Positions 59,800-64,000 of a DNA stretch of 64,000 nucleotides are shown here, in pieces. Source of the stretch: a virus (taxonomy: Duplodnaviria; Caudoviricetes); the IMG/VR virus record IMGVR_UViG_3300028048_000001, positions 192,001-256,000 of that record. One strand, given 5' to 3'. The notes under the pieces are model-generated. The model saw nothing but the letters and a program-made list of their open reading frames with translations, was not told the DNA's origin and did no database searches. How positions within the stretch are numbered: position 1 is the stretch's first letter; every line of letters begins with the position of its first letter. A program made the translations under genes and the position numbers.

Positions 59800-60957
59800 T
59801 TACCCATCTTTAAGAATATTTTCCAATTCTTCTACAGTTAAATATTGTTCATCATTTTTTAAATAATTAACCCACATAACAAATTTTTGTTCATCTGTTA
59901 ATTTTGGGTCTAATAAAAATGAAAATTTTTCATTATCTTGTTTAATTTTTTCTTCTGCTTGTCTTGCAATTTCTCTTTCTGGAGAGAAAAATTCTAAGGT
60001 AACAGTATCATCTGTTCTAAAACTATTATTAATTGCCATTCTATTGGCTGGTTCTAAAGGAATATCAAATTTTACTCTAATATAATCTATCCCTTGATTA
60101 TTTTTAAGATTTCTAATATAATTTATGGTTTCCAAAGGATCATTACCAATTAATTTAGATAATGTAATTGTTTTATAATTATCTGATATAATCTCTTCAT
60201 AATCAAGATAATATAATCTTGTCATTGTATTGTATGACATTAATATGAATCCTTTAAAACAATCGTCATCAAATCTCCATCTATAAGGAGAACCACAGTA
60301 ATAAAAATGATTATAAAAAGTATCAGCTTTATGTATATGACCAGATATAATAGGTCCTTTACAGTTAAGAAAGTCATCAATTGTAAATAACCTTCCTTGA
60401 CCTACATTATCACCATATACAGCACCTTTAATTGTACCATGCATTATACAGATATCATAGAAATCTGAATGAAATAAGATTTTTTGATAATATTCTTCAT
60501 CTACTCCATATAATTCTGGAATACAAAGAATTCTTACTCCTTTTACAATTTCAAATCTGATGTTAGTGACTATTCTAACATCTACATCTGTTCTCTGCAT
60601 ATAATGATAATAAATTTTTAATTGGTTAGCATCATGAGAAATAGTACCTTGTAAAATAATCAAAGTAGCATTCTTTAATTTTGCTATTTCAACTAATCTT
60701 GCTACAAACATTGAAGCATATAATGTAGCATCGGATGCTGTCATTACTTTATGATCATATAGATCACCATTAACACATATAAGATCCAATCTTGGCATAG
60801 ATTCTATCTTTTTCAAAAATTGATCTTCTAAAATAGAATATTGCTTATATGGATCCATTACAGGAAAATGTAAATCGGATATATGAGCAGATATTATTGT
60901 TGTATTATTAAATAAATAATTATTATAAGTCAATTCTTGATTTGTGTTATTCATCAT
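59800..60957 (-). CDS. SbcD/Mre11-like metallophosphoesterase nuclease
   Basis: HISDLH, NGDLYDH, GTISHD, MHG, SGHIH, YCGS. Confidence 0.88.
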   Translation of the reverse strand: MMNNTNQELTYNNYLFNNTTIISAHISDLHFPVMDPYKQYSILEDQFLKKIESMPRLDLICVNGDLYDHKVMTASDATLYASMFVARLVEIAKLKNATLIILQGTISHDANQLKIYYHYMQRTDVDVRIVTNIRFEIVKGVRILCIPELYGVDEEYYQKILFHSDFYDICIMHGTIKGAVYGDNVGQGRLFTIDDFLNCKGPIISGHIHKADTFYNHFYYCGSPYRWRFDDDCFKGFILMSYNTMTRLYYLDYEEIISDNYKTITLSKLIGNDPLETINYIRNLKNNQGIDYIRVKFDIPLEPANRMAINNSFRTDDTVTLEFFSPEREIARQAEEKIKQDNEKFSFLLDPKLTDEQKFVMWVNYLKNDEQYLTVEELENILKDG

Positions 60958-61012
60958 AATCCTTTGTTAGTTTTACTTTATTATTAAAAGTTATTATAAA
61001 TTAATATATTAA

Positions 61013-61222
61013 TTAATCTATTAAATCTAATGATTGTTTAATTGTATCTTTGCTGATTAGCATATATGAAATAATTCTATCATGAACAAATGGAATCAAT
61101 AATCCTTCTTTAACAGCAATAGGTTCGTATACTTTATCATTAAGATAAATACGTCTAACAACATTATTACTTAATTCTTTTATTTCTTTATAACTGCATA
61201 ATTCTTTAGTTGTAGTAGTCAT
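61013..61222 (-). CDS. Small hypothetical protein
   Basis: GGAGG RBS; coupled to the HTH gene. Confidence 0.6.
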   Translation of the reverse strand: MTTTTKELCSYKEIKELSNNVVRRIYLNDKVYEPIAVKEGLLIPFVHDRIISYMLISKDTIKQSLDLID

Positions 61223-61662
61223 AATTTTACCTCCATATTATTGATTCCATTTTCTAATAGATTTAAATATCCATCTATATCATCTATTTTATATAATCTT
61301 TGCACTTCTTGTAGATAAATAGCGCTTTCTATAGTTCTTTCTTTATAAAAATTATCTATAGCTTTTTTTAATGCAAAATCCCAATCGATTTTTATATCTT
61401 GATTTTTCCAAAATTTTGTATTACACGAATCGTCTTTATTTATTTTCTTTGAAATTTCTAATGTATGATTAATTAATCTCTTTTTTATTTTTGGATATTT
61501 AACTTTAGTATTGATTAAATTGCTTAAACTTTTATTAGATACTATCCATTTTCTACCATTTTTATATGCATATAAAGAACCATTATTTATTAGATTATTA
61601 ATAGTTTTATAACTGCATTCTAATTTTTTCATAGCTTCAGACATAGTGATACTGTCTAGCAT
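61219..61662 (-). CDS. Excisionase/MerR-like (HTH_17) DNA-binding protein
   Basis: ITMSEAMKKLECSYKTINNLINNGSL.AYK.GRKWIV. Confidence 0.8.
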   Translation of the reverse strand: MLDSITMSEAMKKLECSYKTINNLINNGSLYAYKNGRKWIVSNKSLSNLINTKVKYPKIKKRLINHTLEISKKINKDDSCNTKFWKNQDIKIDWDFALKKAIDNFYKERTIESAIYLQEVQRLYKIDDIDGYLNLLENGINNMEVKL

Positions 61663-61753
61663 TTTATTTTCTCCTTTTTAAAAATTAAAAATTTTTATAT
61701 AAGTATTATCAATGTGATTGATAATACTTAAGGTATTCACTCTAAGTAATACC

Positions 61754-62320
61754 TTAGATTTGAATATCTTGCTTAACTTTTTTTATAAAATTTTTATTAA
61801 TATTACTATTAGAAATATCGTCTAAATAATTTTTAAGAATATTTATTATTTTTTTCTTGCATTGTAATTCAACCTTTCTTTGAGAATCATTAGTGACACC
61901 ATCTCCAGAAGAGATTTCTAGCACCCTTCCAGATTTAGTATGTATAATTGAAAAAATTATTACATTACCTGGCTTAATATCTAATATATACATTTTATTT
62001 TCTTCAATATCAGAAAAATATATTGGAATAAATTTATTTAATGATTGTGTATATGTAATATCTTTAGTGATAGAAATATCTTCAGAGTATTTTTCTAATC
62101 TATCCCAATATAAAATAAATATTTTTTCTAAATTAAATAAATATTCTACAGTCCAAGTATCTTTAATAAGATTATCTATCATATTGATTACTTGATTTTT
62201 TAATTTTTTATATTCTCTTTTTTCTTTTATTTTCAACCATCCAAAAGGTTTATTGAATTCATTATTTAAATCTCTTATCAAATCACAGCATTGAAAAATA
62301 GACAATAATGGATTTATCAT
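61754..62320 (-). CDS. Hypothetical protein
   Basis: AGGAG RBS; late-type motif at 62358-62369. Confidence 0.6.
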   Translation of the reverse strand: MINPLLSIFQCCDLIRDLNNEFNKPFGWLKIKEKREYKKLKNQVINMIDNLIKDTWTVEYLFNLEKIFILYWDRLEKYSEDISITKDITYTQSLNKFIPIYFSDIEENKMYILDIKPGNVIIFSIIHTKSGRVLEISSGDGVTNDSQRKVELQCKKKIINILKNYLDDISNSNINKNFIKKVKQDIQI

Positions 62321-62402
62321 AAAATAACTCCTATTGATTATGATATATACTTTGTTTTATATGAAGGTTTTTTTGATAATAAAAAGCAAAACTACAGGAG
62401 AA

Positions 62403-63185
62403 TTATTCCCCTGTAGTAGATATATCTTTTAATAATGATTCATATTGATATTTAGTATTCATTCTCATTATAAAAGCTGCATTTAATAGCATAAAAGTTT
62501 GTAAGCAATCATCAAAGAATTTTATATGACTGATATTATTCTTTAAATCATATTCATATGTATAATATGTATAATTTGATTTATCTAATCTAAGTATTAA
62601 AGCTCTAGAAATTTCGATATTTTTTAATTCTTTGAGCAAATATTTATATGCTGCTAATTGTAGGGCATAATTATAATTCATATGATTAGATGTTTTAAAA
62701 TCAATAAGCCAATAATTATCATCTACTTTAAGAAGACAATCACAAGTACCAGCAAAATACTTATGGATTAATGTTTCTTCAAGATATATAACTTCTATTT
62801 TTTTATAATTATTATGAATTAAATTCCACCATTTATAAAACCCAGTCATAACAGAACATACTGTTTGCTTAATTCTATCATTTGGAATTTCTACCATAGA
62901 ATCTAAATCTAAATATCCTTGTTTTAAATATCGTTCAATTGCTAAATGTGAATATGTACCTTTATCAGCAGATTCTCTCATAAAAGCAGTGTATGAAATA
63001 TGTTTAAATCCAAGATTATTAGCCCATTTCATAAGAAAATCTTCATGAAGCATAGCAGAAATAACTTCTGTTACTCTAGGTACTCTTTTACCATCATATT
63101 CATATTTAGATTTAGTAGATACAGATAATTCTATTTCACTCATTCTATCCATTATTTTTTGTAAATCTTTTTCTTTAATAATCAT
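62403..63185 (-). CDS. PD-(D/E)XK exonuclease (RecB/Cas4-like superfamily)
   Basis: VPRVTEVI, GT..H..IE, AGTCD, LIDFKTS, QLAAY. Confidence 0.85.
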   Translation of the reverse strand: MIIKEKDLQKIMDRMSEIELSVSTKSKYEYDGKRVPRVTEVISAMLHEDFLMKWANNLGFKHISYTAFMRESADKGTYSHLAIERYLKQGYLDLDSMVEIPNDRIKQTVCSVMTGFYKWWNLIHNNYKKIEVIYLEETLIHKYFAGTCDCLLKVDDNYWLIDFKTSNHMNYNYALQLAAYKYLLKELKNIEISRALILRLDKSNYTYYTYEYDLKNNISHIKFFDDCLQTFMLLNAAFIMRMNTKYQYESLLKDISTTGE

Positions 63186-63242
63186 TTTAATAATTCCTTA
63201 TATATTGATTTTATAATAAAGTATAAAAAATAATAAAATAAA

Positions 63243-63274
63243 ATGCGAGTAGAGAAAGAAATCTCTACTCGCAT
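63243..63274 (-). terminator. Intrinsic terminator
   Basis: atgcgagtagaga/tctctactcgcat stem with minus-strand U tail. Confidence 0.8.
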
Positions 63275-63278
63275 ATAA

Positions 63279-63998
63279 TTAATTCTCGTCTAATTTATCT
63301 AGAGATTCATAATCAACAAATATACCATATGCAGATTTCTTTTTATAATTTGAATTTTTAACAAGTTTATCTCTAATATCCATATATTGGATTTTAAGAT
63401 TAATCCATTTTTCTAATTCTCTTTCACTAGTACCAGCTTCTCTTTCTTCTCTAATAAAATCATCTAATATAGCTAAACGAGCATTTATTTGTTTCAATGC
63501 ATAAAATACATCGTCTTCAGTTTCTGCATTTTTAACACGGATTACATATTCATAGAAATCATTTTCTATATCTTTAAGTCCAGCATATTTTAAAGCTGTA
63601 AAAAATCCTCTTCTTTTGGATTCTGTAATATACATTTGAGCAGATTCTGTATATAAGCTAGTATCAATTCTATTTAATGCATTAATAACAGAATTAATTC
63701 TATTGATATATAATACAGAAGCAGTTAATTTTTTAACTTTATCCAGTAAATGCAGAGCAGGAACTCTTTCTTTATCTACATTACTATATAATCTCAGGCA
63801 CCAATCAAGCATAGTTAATTTTGGTTGTCTTTTTATTTCATTCTCGCATCCAGGAATTTCTCTGTAAAGTTTCTGTAATGCAGATTCAAAATTAGTAAAT
63901 CCTAAAGATTCTACAAATGTATCATTAACAATATCATCTGGTAAATATAAGCATGATGTAAGTTGATTAATTGCATCATATAATCCAAATGCTAATAT
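63279..63998 (-). CDS. Probable virion protein, 5' end beyond the window
   Basis: Frame stays open from the right edge (ILAFGLYDAINQ...) through the tracked ORF. Confidence 0.6.
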   Translation of the reverse strand: MLAFGLYDAINQLTSCLYLPDDIVNDTFVESLGFTNFESALQKLYREIPGCENEIKRQPKLTMLDWCLRLYSNVDKERVPALHLLDKVKKLTASVLYINRINSVINALNRIDTSLYTESAQMYITESKRRGFFTALKYAGLKDIENDFYEYVIRVKNAETEDDVFYALKQINARLAILDDFIREEREAGTSERELEKWINLKIQYMDIRDKLVKNSNYKKKSAYGIFVDYESLDKLDEN

Positions 63999-64000
63999 AG

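Noticed and set aside
62403-63185. CRISPR-associated Cas4
   Set aside because: Lacks the four-Cys Fe-S cluster pattern; fits a generic phage PD-(D/E)XK exonuclease.
1-64000. tRNA or rRNA genes
   Set aside because: No cloverleaf with T-loop GTTCRA or rRNA-like GC-rich segment noticed in intergenic regions; a tRNAscan/Infernal run would be needed to be certain.

Overview
Very AT-rich, densely coding segment of a lytic jumbo phage of the phiKZ/AR9(PBS1)-related type. The host is probably a Firmicute (Lachnospiraceae/Clostridia-like), judging by the lysin cell-wall-binding domains, the XkdX module and strong GGAGG ribosome-binding sites. Core genes recognisable by motif: the C-terminal half of a split family-B DNA polymerase, two subunits of phage multisubunit RNA polymerases (beta'-C non-virion type, beta-C virion type), SF2, RecD/Dda and DnaB helicases, GyrA/GyrB, SbcD/Mre11 and a PD-(D/E)XK nuclease. 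Virion, tail-fibre and lysis genes are also present. Two recurring promoter motifs (GATATTATAA-type and AAC[A/T/C]-N6-T[A/G]) and many hairpin terminators are visible. Most notable: (1) two head-to-head tail-fibre paralogues share near-identical, in-frame inverted segments and a 20-bp motif, with an invertase-type tyrosine recombinase/XkdX cassette about 9 kb away (candidate tail-fibre shufflon); (2) a candidate ~145-nt structured small RNA whose unpaired region is antisense to the phage's own consensus RBS+AUG; (3) a leader with two crossed 15-bp inverted repeats; (4) a 5 x 48-bp non-coding array; (5) a MAIF-leader cassette with a frameshifted DUF362 gene; (6) a duplicated DUF29 two-gene module. 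All family assignments come from motif recognition by eye, not database searches.
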